Below are positions 8,942 to 19,540 of a stretch of 64,000 nucleotides of DNA, in pieces. The notes under the pieces are model-generated. The model did no database searches. It was not told the DNA's origin and was given only the letters and a program-made list of their open reading frames with translations. Each line of letters starts with the position of its first letter. The first letter of the stretch is position 1. Location of the stretch: contig JBFMBU010000030.1 of NCBI GenBank assembly GCA_040755035.1, forward strand, positions 41,045 to 105,044, given 5' to 3'. The translations under genes were made by a program, and so were the position numbers. The DNA comes from Thermodesulfobacteriota bacterium. Its GTDB lineage: Bacteria > Desulfobacterota > RBG-13-43-22.

Positions 8942-9688
8942 CTATTTTTTAAGACCCACTTTTTTATATTGGTCGCGTTCCACGATATTCAAAAAGTCAG
9001 AGGAGAAGTTGTTCATCTCCGATTCCAGGATCCGCACCTGACTGGAAAAATAGTTATAGGCAATGACCGAAGGAATAGCGGCCGCCAATCCGGCGGCCGT
9101 GGCGATGAGGGCCTCGGAAATGCCGGGTGCGACGACGGCCAGGCTGGCCCCGCCGCGCAAGCCGATGCTTTGGAAGGAATTCATGATCCCCCAGACGGTA
9201 CCGAAGAGGCCGATAAAGGGGGCGGTATTTCCGGTGGTGGCCAGGAAGGTCAGGGCGTAACCCAGTCGGGTGACCTGGGAATTCATGGCCGCCCGCAAGG
9301 CCCGGGGCAGATTTTCAAAGCGAACCAGGCTGGTGGTCATGATATCCGGCGATTCTTTCAACAGGGTTTCCTCGGTTTCCTGCTGGACCTTGTATAGGCG
9401 GCCCAGTTCCTGGTAACCGATGCGAAAGACCTCGGCCACCGGGCTGAATTTGAGGTCCTTGGATTCGTTATAGGCCACGGCCAGGCTTTTACTTTTCCAG
9501 AAGATCTCTTGAAAGAGATTCGTTTCCTTCCTGGCCCGGTGGATGATCCGATATTTCATAAATATGATGGACCAGGAGAGAATGGAAAAGGCCAGAAGCA
9601 AGAAGAGCACCAGCTTGACAACCGGCCCGGCGTTCCAGACCATGGAAAGGATTTCATTTTGATGAATGATCGAAGGCATGAGCTTCAC
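8942..9688 (-). CDS. tolQ: TolQ (MotA/TolQ/ExbB proton channel)
   Basis: Length 248 aa, 3 TM, MotA_ExbB-like. Confidence 0.85.
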   Translation of the reverse strand: MKLMPSIIHQNEILSMVWNAGPVVKLVLFLLLAFSILSWSIIFMKYRIIHRARKETNLFQEIFWKSKSLAVAYNESKDLKFSPVAEVFRIGYQELGRLYKVQQETEETLLKESPDIMTTSLVRFENLPRALRAAMNSQVTRLGYALTFLATTGNTAPFIGLFGTVWGIMNSFQSIGLRGGASLAVVAPGISEALIATAAGLAAAIPSVIAYNYFSSQVRILESEMNNFSSDFLNIVERDQYKKVGLKK

Positions 9689-9912
9689 TTCCTGTATGGT
9701 TTAGTGGTTCCTTTCCGAATAATTGAACTCAAATAAAAAAAGGAACCGTCGCCAAAGACTATGCAGTCAAGAAGCAGTCCCTTTTCGAATGAAAACCCGA
9801 ACAGGGTTTTATGGGACGCACCCCCCCGAATACTATGGAGGATAAGGGGGCACGGGCTGGGATGGGTGCCTATTAAAAAAGAGAAAGGAGTTTCCCCGAA
9901 GGTTGCGACGAT

Positions 9913-10353
9913 TTATTCTTCTTCTTCCTCTTCCTCCCCCTCTTCTTCTTCCGCCGGTTCCTCCCCTATGATTTCCTTAAGATATTCTTCGTATTCCTCG
10001 GCTGTAAGCAACTCATAATATTCCGTGGTCGACGGAACGTCTATTCGTACAATCCATCCGTCCTGATAAGGGTCCTCATTGAGTATTTCAGGGGAATCGA
10101 TGAGTTCCTGGTTGGCTTCCACAATTTCACCGCTCACCGGTGAAAATAGGTCAAGGACTTCGTCATGGGATTCTACGGAACCGAATGACTCGTCTTTGAC
10201 GACTTCATCCCCCTCTTCGGGGAGGTTAATTCCCGAAATATCACCCAGGTCTTCCTGGGCATAATCACTGATCCCGACCGTGATCCGATTATCTTCGTCC
10301 AAACGGGCCCAGATATGGTCCTTGCTGTATCTTAGCTCTTCTAAGATAACCAA
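9913..10353 (-). CDS. GcvH-like (glycine-cleavage H / lipoyl-domain fold) protein lacking the lipoyl-lysine, with a poly-Glu C-terminal tail
   Basis: Aligns gap-free to E. coli GcvH across the hairpin (LGD...PVSGEIV). The ESVK lipoylation motif is replaced by ESHD. C-terminus is EEPAEEEEGEEEEEEE. Confidence 0.75.
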   Translation of the reverse strand: MVILEELRYSKDHIWARLDEDNRITVGISDYAQEDLGDISGINLPEEGDEVVKDESFGSVESHDEVLDLFSPVSGEIVEANQELIDSPEILNEDPYQDGWIVRIDVPSTTEYYELLTAEEYEEYLKEIIGEEPAEEEEGEEEEEEE

Positions 10354-10596
10354 AATGTGCCCCCTTTTTCAAGTGTATTTGACTTCCCCATGAGCGACTT
10401 TTGTTTTTCTGCCGCTATTTTCGTATTATTCTGAGGTCTAATATAACCTAAAAAAATTAGCAAGTATTTTTTTATCAGGGATCCGTTTTTCTCTTCCTTA
10501 ACAAAAAAAACAGGAAAATGAGGGGAAACGGCCTGAAAAATGGCGATAATTTTCTTGACGGCCCCCCCCAAATTTATTAGGGGCTCGGTCTTACCC

Positions 10597-11079
10597 TCAG
10601 GATTCCTTCAGGGTCGCATAGCGGAAAAGCAGGTAGATAACACCCAGGGAAATTGCCGAATCGGCCACATTAAAGGCCGGCCAATGATAGGTTCCGATAA
10701 AAAAGTCCAGGAAATCAACCACCCCGCCGAAACGCATCCGGTCCACCAGATTACCCTGGGCACCGCCCAGAATTCCTCCCAGGGCCAAAAGGATCCCGGC
10801 CTTCTGCTGCGAATAACCAAAGGTGAAAATCAGGATTCCGACCATAGCCGCCACCGGAAACAAGAGCAGCAAGATATCCCGCCAAGCCGGGGCTGATCCC
10901 CCGAGGATCCCGAACGCCACCCCCTTATTTTGAATATGGACCAGATTGAAAAATCCGGAGATGACCGGTCGGGAGGAATAGAGAGGGAAATGGGAAACAA
11001 TATAGGCCTTGGTAATCATATCCAGGATAAAAACTACCAGGAAAGAAAGAACGAATAACCCGAATTTTTTTATGTTCAT
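10597..11079 (-). CDS. lspA: Lipoprotein signal peptidase II
   Basis: LspA-like with 4 TM and FNxAD-type motif (AFNVADSAI). Start taken at the internal Met MNIKKF, 11 nt after the ileS stop; conserved ileS-lspA order. Confidence 0.8.
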   Translation of the reverse strand: MNIKKFGLFVLSFLVVFILDMITKAYIVSHFPLYSSRPVISGFFNLVHIQNKGVAFGILGGSAPAWRDILLLLFPVAAMVGILIFTFGYSQQKAGILLALGGILGGAQGNLVDRMRFGGVVDFLDFFIGTYHWPAFNVADSAISLGVIYLLFRYATLKES

Positions 11080-11090
11080 GACACCCCTGA

Positions 11091-13886
11091 TTACACCATT
11101 GCTCCAATGGCCTGATGACAACGGGAACAGAGGGTGGGATGTTCCGGCAAACTTCCCACCTCGGTCCGAAAATTCCAGCACCGTTCGCATTTTTCCCCCA
11201 AGGCCTTTTCCACCCGGATGATCAGACCGGGGATTTCCGAACTGGAAACCCCCTCTAATGAAGCGGGACCTTTATGCAGCTCAACCTGGGAAACAATAAA
11301 CAGGGTCGGCAGAAAATCGATATAGGACCGAACAACCGAGCTCAGGGATTCCGGCAGGTCCAGGATTACCCGGGCATCCAGGGGATTACCGATCAGTTGA
11401 GAGCGGCGGGCCTGTTCCAGGGCCTTGGTGGCCTCGGCCCGCAGGGCCAGGAGGGTCGACCAGCGCTGATCCAGGGCCTCATCCTCTATGACGGTAAGGT
11501 TATCCGGAAATTGGGCCAGATGGACGCTTTCCACTTCTTTGTCCGCCGGGGGGAGAGAGGACCAGACTTCTTCAGCCGTGAAGGATAAAATGGGGGCCAT
11601 CAACCGGACCAGGGCCTTGAGGATAATGAGCAGGGCGGTTTGGGCTGATCTTCGTTCCCGGGACTTGGTGCCCGAAGTATAGAGCCGGTCTTTGAGGATA
11701 TCCAGATAGAAAGCACTCAGTTCATTGGTACAGAACTGGTAGAGGGTGTGGTAAACCACATGAAACTCAAAGCGTTCATAGGCCCGGCGAACCCGGCTGA
11801 TCACCTTTTGCATCTGCAGCAAGGCCCACTGGTCCAATTCTTCCATTTCCTTCAGGGGTACCTGATCCTGGGAAGATTCAAAATCGGAAATATTGCCCAA
11901 CAGGAAACGACAGGTGTTGCGGATGCGTCGATAGGCCTCGGTCAGTTGCTGGAGAATATTCTGGGAAATGCGTATATCATCCCGGTAGTCCTCGGCCGAA
12001 ACCCAAAGCCGTATGATTTCCGCACCATATTTTTTTATGACCTCTTCCGGGTTGATGACATTTCCCAGGGACTTGGACATTTTCTTCCCCTGCCCGTCAA
12101 CAAAGAAACCGTGGGTCAACACCGTCCCATAAGGGGCCTCGCCCCGGGTCCCGACGGCAGCCAGCAGGGAACTGTGAAACCAGCCCCGGTGTTGATCGCT
12201 TCCCTCCAGGTACAAATCGGCGGGCGCCCCGAGATAAGGACGGGCTTCCAGGACCGCCGCATAACTCACACCCGAGTCGAACCAGACATCCAGGATATCG
12301 GTTTCTTTGCGGAAGCGGGTCCCCTGGCAGTGGGGGCAAATGGTACCGGCAGGCACAAGCTGATCTTCCGATGAGGAAAACCAGATATCGGTCCCATGTT
12401 TTAAAACCAGGGATTCCAGATGGTTCAAGCTCTCTTTGGTCATGATCCAATTATTGCAGTTTTGACAGTAAAAGGCCGGGATGGGTACCCCCCAGGAACG
12501 CTGACGGGAAAGGCACCAATCCGGACGGTTTTCCATCATGCCCCGGATACGGTTCATGCCCCAGGCCGGCATCCAGGTCACCCGGTCGATTTCGGCCAAG
12601 GCCTTTTTCCGTAAGGAATTGGCTTCCATGGAAATAAACCATTGTTCTGTGGCCCGGAAGATGACCGGTTTTTTGCAGCGCCAGCAGTGGGGATAACTGT
12701 GCTCCAGAGATTCCTCACCTTTCAGGGCCTTTACCTGGCGCAGATGATCTTTAACCGCCTCATTGGCTTCAAAAACGTGTCGGCCGGCGAAAAATTCCAC
12801 TTCGGGGGTGAAATTTCCCCCGTCATCCACCGGGGAATAGATATCCAGGTGATAGCGGAGCCCGCTATCATAATCCTCCTGACCATGACCTGGTGCCGTA
12901 TGGACGATCCCGGTGCCGTCTTCCAGGGTTACATAAGTGGCTAAGATCATAATCGATTCCCGTTGATAAAGAGGATGACGGCTTTTTTTGCCTTCCAGGA
13001 ATTTGGGATCTATTCCGCAGAGGATTCGCGGGGAAGACCAGGAAAGTCTTTGACTGCATTTTTCCAATAATCCTTTGGCCAGAATAAAGACCTCGTCGCC
13101 CTGCTCGACAGCAACATAGTCATAATCCGGATGGAAGGCCAAGGCCAGGTTGGCCGGAATGGTCCAGGGAGTGGTAGTCCAAATAAGGACCGAAACCTTT
13201 TTGTCCCTCAGGGCAGGATATTCCTTGCTCAGATCGGAGAGGACCGGAAAAGCGACGAAAATAGAGGGAGAGGTATGGGGTTCATATTCCACTTCGGCCT
13301 CGGCCAGGGCCGTCCGGCAGGAACCGCACCAGTAAATGGGTTTTTTACTTTTATAGACGCTTCCCTGCAGAGCAAAGCGTCCGAACTCACGGATAATGAT
13401 CGCCTCATAAGCATTATCCATGGTCAGATAAGGATTGTCCCACTCCCCCAAAACCCCCAGTCGTTTAAACTCGTTACGCTGGATATCAATGAATTTCTCA
13501 GCATAAGCCCGGCAGCGCTGCCTGATTTCGGTCTGGGAAAGGGTCTTCCTCTTAGGCCCTAATTCCTTGTCTACCTGATGTTCTATCGGCAGCCCGTGAC
13601 AATCCCAACCCGGGACATAAGGGGCATCAAACCCGGACATCTGTTTGGATTTGATAATAATATCTTTTAAGGTCTTATTAAGGGCATGGCCGATATGAAT
13701 ATTTCCGTTGGCGTAAGGAGGACCGTCATGAAGGATGAATTTTTTTCGCCCGGCTGAAGCGCTCCGTATTTTTTGATATAATCCAATCTCTTCCCAGTGC
13801 TTCAACCATTCCGGTTCCTTCTGGGCCAGGTTGGCTTTCATGGGGAAGGCGGTTTTAGGCAGATTCAGGGTGTCTTTGTAATCCAT
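11091..13886 (-). CDS. ileS: Isoleucyl-tRNA synthetase
   Basis: HIGH motif ([11 protein letters not shown]), KMSKS motif, C-terminal Zn-finger CxxC; start taken at [12 protein letters not shown]. Confidence 0.9.
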   Translation of the reverse strand: MDYKDTLNLPKTAFPMKANLAQKEPEWLKHWEEIGLYQKIRSASAGRKKFILHDGPPYANGNIHIGHALNKTLKDIIIKSKQMSGFDAPYVPGWDCHGLPIEHQVDKELGPKRKTLSQTEIRQRCRAYAEKFIDIQRNEFKRLGVLGEWDNPYLTMDNAYEAIIIREFGRFALQGSVYKSKKPIYWCGSCRTALAEAEVEYEPHTSPSIFVAFPVLSDLSKEYPALRDKKVSVLIWTTTPWTIPANLALAFHPDYDYVAVEQGDEVFILAKGLLEKCSQRLSWSSPRILCGIDPKFLEGKKSRHPLYQRESIMILATYVTLEDGTGIVHTAPGHGQEDYDSGLRYHLDIYSPVDDGGNFTPEVEFFAGRHVFEANEAVKDHLRQVKALKGEESLEHSYPHCWRCKKPVIFRATEQWFISMEANSLRKKALAEIDRVTWMPAWGMNRIRGMMENRPDWCLSRQRSWGVPIPAFYCQNCNNWIMTKESLNHLESLVLKHGTDIWFSSSEDQLVPAGTICPHCQGTRFRKETDILDVWFDSGVSYAAVLEARPYLGAPADLYLEGSDQHRGWFHSSLLAAVGTRGEAPYGTVLTHGFFVDGQGKKMSKSLGNVINPEEVIKKYGAEIIRLWVSAEDYRDDIRISQNILQQLTEAYRRIRNTCRFLLGNISDFESSQDQVPLKEMEELDQWALLQMQKVISRVRRAYERFEFHVVYHTLYQFCTNELSAFYLDILKDRLYTSGTKSRERRSAQTALLIILKALVRLMAPILSFTAEEVWSSLPPADKEVESVHLAQFPDNLTVIEDEALDQRWSTLLALRAEATKALEQARRSQLIGNPLDARVILDLPESLSSVVRSYIDFLPTLFIVSQVELHKGPASLEGVSSSEIPGLIIRVEKALGEKCERCWNFRTEVGSLPEHPTLCSRCHQAIGAMV

Positions 13887-14019
13887 AGGACCTCCGATAG
13901 AATGTTTCCTCTCTTCACTTATCATAACATAGAGATATGTCAAGGAGAAAGCGGGATTTTCTTTCCCATTTCTACTCCAGGACTTGCTTTTTGAGGGCTA
14001 ATCGTATAGTAAGAAAACC

Positions 14020-14772
14020 ATGGATCCCATACAAGGCATTGGTTTTGATTTATTCAACACCCTGATTACCGCCGACCCCGCAGCTTTAGGTGAAGCCATG
14101 CACCGCATGATCGGCAGTCTCCGGGCAAGCGGGATAGGCTTAGAAATGGAACCCTTTCAAAAGGCCTACCGCGAAGCGGCCATGAGGTTTGTGGCGGAAA
14201 GTAAGGCGGAAGGCAAAGAGACCCACAACCGTTTTTGGATAAGCGCTGCCTTGAGGACCTTAGGCCGGGACCTGGGACCTGAAGACACAGCGGTTGCCAA
14301 AGCGGTGGAGGCCTATTTTTCCACTTTTTTGGATTATTGCCGTCTGATCCCTCAAACCCTGGAAATGCTTGCCCTGCTGAAGGGGAAGTTTCGCCTCGGG
14401 CTTTTGTCTAATTTCACCCATGCCCCGGCAGTAGAAGGACTTCTGAACAAATTTGGCCTGACCCCTTTTTTTGACACGGTCCTGGTGTCCGGGGCCTTGG
14501 GCTTTAGAAAACCCCACCCCCTGGTTTTCGAAAAGTTGGTCCAGGACTTGAGTTTAGAAAGGAAGCATATACTCTATGTCGGCGATAGCCTGGACCCTGA
14601 TGTCACCGGAGCGGTCCAGGCCGGATTGCGGCCGGTATGGATGACCTATGTACAGGACCATCACCTGCCGGTTTTTCCTCCTTACAGCGTCCCTTCAGAG
14701 CAAACCTTTTCCCGGGAATTGCTCAGGGTCTCCAATTGGGAAGAATTCCTTAACCTGCTGGGGCTGGCCTGA
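14020..14772 (+). CDS. HAD-superfamily hydrolase
   Basis: N-terminal FDLFNTL motif and C-terminal YVGDSLDPD motif. Confidence 0.7.
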   Translation: MDPIQGIGFDLFNTLITADPAALGEAMHRMIGSLRASGIGLEMEPFQKAYREAAMRFVAESKAEGKETHNRFWISAALRTLGRDLGPEDTAVAKAVEAYFSTFLDYCRLIPQTLEMLALLKGKFRLGLLSNFTHAPAVEGLLNKFGLTPFFDTVLVSGALGFRKPHPLVFEKLVQDLSLERKHILYVGDSLDPDVTGAVQAGLRPVWMTYVQDHHLPVFPPYSVPSEQTFSRELLRVSNWEEFLNLLGLA

Positions 14773-14828
14773 TTTTTTCCCTAAGGGGGGCAGCATAATA
14801 ATTGTTTCAAAAGATGGGCTCACAAAAA

Positions 14829-14968
14829 GTCGAATGCTGTCATTTCGAAAAGGGAACCGACGAGAAATCTTTTCGGTCGATTTCATCGACCTTAACAGGA
14901 GATCGGCAAGTCGGTCGGGCCGTTCGACTTGGTCGAACTAAGAAACCGACCGGTCGAAATGACAAAAA
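14829..14968 (+). promoter_or_regulatory. GTCGA-rich nested-palindrome element in the leader of the radical-SAM operon; terminal 11-bp inverted repeat TGTCATTTCGA...TCGAAATGACA
   Basis: Seen directly: tgtcatttcga (about 14838-48) and tcgaaatgaca (about 14954-64), plus internal IRs ggtcgat/atcgacc and gttcgac/gtcgaac. Confidence 0.4.
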
Positions 14969-15020
14969 AGGATTTTCCGACTTTCTACGAAACCATCTTT
15001 AGAAGGGTTAATCGTAGACG

Positions 15021-15911
15021 ATGGTTGAGATCGAAGATGAAATGGAATATGAGGGGATGGTCATCCGGCCTCCCAGCGAGGCCTATAGCATCCTGCTCCA
15101 GGTTACGGTGGGCTGCTCCCATAACAAGTGTTCCTTTTGCGCCACGTATAAGGACAAACGCTTCCGTATAAAAACGAATGAAAGAATTTTAAAGGACATC
15201 CTTTTTGCCTCCCAATATTGCCGGAGGCAGGACAAGGTCTTTCTGATGGATGGGGATGCCCTGATCATCCCCCAAAAACGGCTGGTCTGGATTTTGGAAA
15301 GGATTAGAGAACACCTTCCCTGGGTGAAAAGGGTGGGACTTTACGCCAATGCCAAAAGCATTGGTATGAAAAGCGATGAAGATTTAAAAACCCTCAAGTC
15401 CCTCGGCTTGGGGATTGCTTACCTGGGAGTGGAAACCGGCCATCCCGAACTGCTTAAAAAAATCAACAAGGGAACCTCCAGAGAAAACCTGATCCTTCAG
15501 GGTAAACGGTTAAAAAAAGCGGGGATCAAACTATCGGTTACTGTTTTATTGGGAATCGGCGGCCAGGAACTAACGCGGGAACACGCCTTGGCCACGGGAT
15601 CTTTGCTCAGCGAAATGGATCCGGATTTCGTCGGGGCCCTGACGGTCATGGTTCTGCCCAACACCCCCCTGGGCAAACAACTGACCGAAGGCCAATTCAA
15701 GCCCCTGACCGTTCCCGAGATCCTGACCGAACTGGGGGAAATGGTGGCCGCCACCCGGCTTACCCGGGGATATTTTTATTCCAACCACGCCTCCAACTAC
15801 CTGCCCTTGAAAATAAAATATCCCGAAGGCCAAGAGGCGGCCTTACATCTGATCGAAAAAGCCATACAGGGCGGGGTGGGCCTGCGTCCGGAATGGCAGC
15901 GGGGATTATGA
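15021..15911 (+). CDS. Radical SAM protein with non-canonical Cx4Cx2C cluster motif (CSHNKCSFC)
   Basis: GCSHNKCSFCA motif, glycine-rich SAM-binding region. Alternative start at Met13 (about 15057) has the better RBS (gagggg). Confidence 0.8.
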   Translation: MVEIEDEMEYEGMVIRPPSEAYSILLQVTVGCSHNKCSFCATYKDKRFRIKTNERILKDILFASQYCRRQDKVFLMDGDALIIPQKRLVWILERIREHLPWVKRVGLYANAKSIGMKSDEDLKTLKSLGLGIAYLGVETGHPELLKKINKGTSRENLILQGKRLKKAGIKLSVTVLLGIGGQELTREHALATGSLLSEMDPDFVGALTVMVLPNTPLGKQLTEGQFKPLTVPEILTELGEMVAATRLTRGYFYSNHASNYLPLKIKYPEGQEAALHLIEKAIQGGVGLRPEWQRGL

Positions 15912-15997
15912 GATGAAGACTAAGCTAATTGACAGTGGCCGCAATAGTATCTACAATTGGTTTATTATCATATCTATCTAAAAGGAGAAAACAGACC

Positions 15998-16276
15998 ATG
16001 GCCAACGATCCAGAAATCGGACAAAAAGTGGTGGCAACCATCACCGGAGTAAAAGGCAAATGCAGCGCCGGGCATCAGGTGGGGGACACCTTTGAGATCA
16101 GTTGTCATAATCCCGCCGGCTTGTGCGGCTATTTTTACCATGACCTTTTCCCCAATCTTTCCACCTTCCAGTTCGGCGGCACCTTGCCCTGGTGGCAGGG
16201 CGACACGATTACGGCCCAGTGCCCGGATTCCTATAACCTGGTAACCATGAAGCTGGAAAGGTTGAAACGGGACTGA
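15998..16276 (+). CDS. Small Cys-rich protein resembling the TIGR04076 family
   Basis: About 93 aa from MANDPEIGQK, with conserved-looking GKCxAGH...GLCGYFYH...GGTLPWW...CPD blocks, immediately downstream of the radical SAM gene. Family recall is from memory, not a search. Confidence 0.55.
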   Translation: MANDPEIGQKVVATITGVKGKCSAGHQVGDTFEISCHNPAGLCGYFYHDLFPNLSTFQFGGTLPWWQGDTITAQCPDSYNLVTMKLERLKRD

Positions 16277-16456
16277 GAAAACCATCCTGAATCAGCGGTA
16301 AGCAGGTTTGCCCTTGACAGGAGTGAGCGATGTGTTGCGGGGGTATTATTCTATGTTGCTCTTTTTAACAGGCAACCCGTAACCGGCAGCAGGCAACATG
16401 GTGCCGTTGATCAGTCTGAAATACTGGTCAAAAAAAGGGAAATCTTTCAGGTCTTT

Positions 16457-17887
16457 TTAAAACCTTATTCTCACCCGATAGCGGAGTTTGCTTTCTTTGT
16501 CTTTGGGGACCGGAAGGTCAAAGGCAATGGTCGCCGCATCCTGCTTTTTATAAGGAAGGGATTGCTCCAGGACCTTCCAGTCCCCGGGCAACGGTTCGAT
16601 AATCCGGACCACCACATCTTCTTTCTTGTGATTTCGGATAGAAATTTCATAAGCGGACTCATAAGTATCTGAGGCCAGTTTTTCCCAATGGGTTTGTTTT
16701 CTTTCCGCCTTGAGGTCGAAGGCCTCCCCTAACTTCAAGCGCACCTTTTCATCCTTGGGGGTGTGATCGATAGTATCTTCTCCAATAAACTGCAGACTGC
16801 CCTCAGCGTCCCTTTTATAGGCCCTGACCGTGCCCTTGGGCAAAGGCATTCCCAAACGGTTTTCCTTGGCATTGATTAATTGGATATGGACCCCGACTTT
16901 TTGATTGGATAGCACCTCCCCCTGTCGGTTTCGGTAATAATACTGGGAACCGTAATAGGTGAATTCTTTGGTTACCGGAACCCGGTCCACGTTCAAGAGG
17001 CTGATCTGCTTGGTCTGGTTTTCCTTAAGGGTTGTTTTCCTCTCCAGGGTGTAGATATGATACTCGAAAAAAGAGTCTTCTTTGAACGGCGGGGCAGCCG
17101 CCTCTTTGGCCATGACCATGGCCTTTCGGGTTTTTACTAAATCTTCCTGCACCTGATGAATGTCTCCAGCCACCAGCTTTAATCCGGCATTCCGGTAGGC
17201 AGCTCCGCTTTTATTATCTATGGTCACCCAACCGGAAAGATCGGCCATAGTATCCTGAGCATTCAATACTAAAATATAATCCGACTTCCAGTTAATGCCC
17301 TTAGTCAGGTAAAGGGCTTCGATTTTCTGGGATTGGGTCATTCCATTATTTAAAAGCCAGACCAGGGTTGGTTTGGAGATGAGATCGGGAGGGATTTCAG
17401 GAAAAAGGATTCTCCCCGGATGATTGAAGGTGATGTCCTTTCCGATCTGAAAGACCGGCTGGTTGTCATTGTTGGCCAGCAGGACGGCGGAGACCATTTC
17501 CTCCCGTTCGGTATAGTAGTTCTTGGTGAAAAGTTTGACTTCCTTGCCCACATATTTATCCAGCAGTTTCCTGGGATTCAAGAGATCGTATTCATAATTC
17601 TGTTCCAGGACGGAAAAGGCCCCCGTATCTTGAAGGGATCGGATGGTGACGCTGGAGGGGATAATCTGTGCGGCTACATCCATAAACTTAAGTTCCTGCA
17701 CCCCTTTATCCAGGCGAACCTGCCTCTGGTCCTTGACCAACCCCAGATGGCTGTTGTAGACGGTCAACTCCAAAGCCACCTGATCTTCCTGGGTGGTGAT
17801 TTTTTTCTCCTGGGCCGGGAGTGGGACGGGAAGGAGAAGAAAAATAAAAAAAATAACCGCGATATTTTTTATCCAAGGCATATACAC
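16457..17887 (-). CDS. Secreted DUF4139/DUF4140-like (MuiA-like) protein
   Basis: Signal peptide; domain assignment is a recollection of the family and is low certainty. Confidence 0.45.
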   Translation of the reverse strand: MYMPWIKNIAVIFFIFLLLPVPLPAQEKKITTQEDQVALELTVYNSHLGLVKDQRQVRLDKGVQELKFMDVAAQIIPSSVTIRSLQDTGAFSVLEQNYEYDLLNPRKLLDKYVGKEVKLFTKNYYTEREEMVSAVLLANNDNQPVFQIGKDITFNHPGRILFPEIPPDLISKPTLVWLLNNGMTQSQKIEALYLTKGINWKSDYILVLNAQDTMADLSGWVTIDNKSGAAYRNAGLKLVAGDIHQVQEDLVKTRKAMVMAKEAAAPPFKEDSFFEYHIYTLERKTTLKENQTKQISLLNVDRVPVTKEFTYYGSQYYYRNRQGEVLSNQKVGVHIQLINAKENRLGMPLPKGTVRAYKRDAEGSLQFIGEDTIDHTPKDEKVRLKLGEAFDLKAERKQTHWEKLASDTYESAYEISIRNHKKEDVVVRIIEPLPGDWKVLEQSLPYKKQDAATIAFDLPVPKDKESKLRYRVRIRF

Positions 17888-18053
17888 CTCCTCGACTTCT
17901 CAATGGGTTGCGAATTCGTTAACGTTAAAGCGTTCAGTTGCGGTTGAGATCGGAAAATAGAAAGGATAATGACAAAAAGGGCAAGCAACCGTTAAAGGCG
18001 GATGGAATCCAAACCCCTTTAACCCCGGCCTTTGTCCTGCGGCTGTTACAGAA

Positions 18054-18830
18054 TTAAAAACGAAGCGACAAACCCAAATACGGTCCTCCGACCTTGACCT
18101 TGGCGTAATCCGGATCATTGCGGGCCTCAATATCCACCAATCTATACCCCCCGCTTATACTGAAATTTTTAAAGGGAATCACCTTAACTCCGGCCTCGGC
18201 CTCCCACATGGTTCCATACTTTCCGGCCGGCAGTCCGGAGACCTCGGCAAAAATATTCAGGTAGGGAAAGGGGTTGACATCCAGGGCCAGGCCCAGGGTG
18301 GGCAGCACCGCATAAAAGCTCCCTCCCTTATCAATGGGAGTGGCCAGGTCCGGGGCCGCCAGTGAAACCTCTCCCTGAACGCCTTTAAGTTCCACCAGGG
18401 TGCCGGCTTTGAATTTGCCCCCCTCCAGATTGATGAACTGGTAGGCCCAGCCCAAGCGCATATAATGCATCTTCAGGTCTGAGACCACCCGGATATTCGC
18501 TTCATAGGTTTCCCCGCCGAATTCCACCTTCCTTCTTAAGCGGGAGTCTCCCCCATAACTGACCGGGGTATAGGTGAAAGCCAGGCGGTTTGAAGGATTG
18601 AAAGAGAAAGTGAAACGACCGTAGGGAAAATTTTTATCCCCCACACCTAAATCGGATTTCAGATTGATATCCGTCCCCTGGTTGTTTTGGGTAAACTTGG
18701 TTTCAGCGGATAAGGTGGTGAACCAATACCGAGCGTCGAATTCAAAGGGAGTCTCTTGGGCCGTTACCACTGAAGCGGCCAAAAGCCCAAATCCGACAAT
18801 AACCCACAGCGTTTTTTTCCACATAACCAT
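18054..18830 (-). CDS. Outer-membrane beta-barrel protein
   Basis: Signal peptide (LLAASVVTAQE), alternating beta-strand pattern, C-terminal F. Confidence 0.6.
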   Translation of the reverse strand: MVMWKKTLWVIVGFGLLAASVVTAQETPFEFDARYWFTTLSAETKFTQNNQGTDINLKSDLGVGDKNFPYGRFTFSFNPSNRLAFTYTPVSYGGDSRLRRKVEFGGETYEANIRVVSDLKMHYMRLGWAYQFINLEGGKFKAGTLVELKGVQGEVSLAAPDLATPIDKGGSFYAVLPTLGLALDVNPFPYLNIFAEVSGLPAGKYGTMWEAEAGVKVIPFKNFSISGGYRLVDIEARNDPDYAKVKVGGPYLGLSLRF

Positions 18831-18986
18831 TCCTCCTTATTGATGAAAACTATTCAGGCCGAGCCCATCTCCCGTCACCGATCGGATTCAAGGGAGAAAA
18901 CGCTATCTCGGGCCAGAGGAATTCCATGAGAAGGTATAAATTTATTTTGTGTTAAAAAATTTTTTTTTGCAACATAAAAGTAGTCC

Positions 18987-19001
18987 GTTTCCATCCGGAA
19001 A
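18987..19001 (-). promoter_or_regulatory. Copy 1 of the recurrent motif GTTTCCATCCGGAA(A), about 155 nt upstream of the OMP/DUF4139 operon
   Basis: Exact 14-mer shared with 21585-21598 and 27111-27124. Confidence 0.4.
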
Positions 19002-19540
19002 AGATCTTTCCGAATGAAAATGAGTCGGTCCGTTTTTTGCCGCTCTTTACGGATACAACTATTATACCTGCATGGCCTCGTCAATTCTTTTTCAAAGGAA
19101 AGTTTGTGAATAATAACACTTGGTTCATTTATCCAGGATTTACACACTGTAAAAAAAATTGGCATATCCCCGGAGATAAATTTGCCTTTTAAATGATCAA
19201 TAAAGAGCGAAGAAGGTGAAGAAGAAAGGCACTTCTTTTCCTCCCAAATCACAGGGTTAAGAAAAAAAACAGAAAGTGACTCACCTGATTTTACTATTTT
19301 TATCCGAGCAAGTCGGTCTGGTATAATCTTTGCAAAAATAAACTGTAACCCATTCATTTTTAATCCCATTTGTAATCGGATGATGATACTATTTGAGAAA
19401 AGACCATCCCGGACCAGCCGGACCAAAAACGGAATTCCGAAAATACTTCATACGGTCCGGGTAAATTCCGTTTTTAGAAAAAATTCTATACGTAAGTTAC
19501 CGAGAGAGAAAAACGATAAAAATATACCCAGGAGGACATT

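Noticed and set aside
18875-19426. 183-aa ORF on the minus strand in the long AT-rich region upstream of acs
   Set aside because: Low-complexity, AT-rich translation with no RBS or recognisable domains. It overlaps the likely acs promoter/leader and the recurrent motif site, so it is most probably non-coding.
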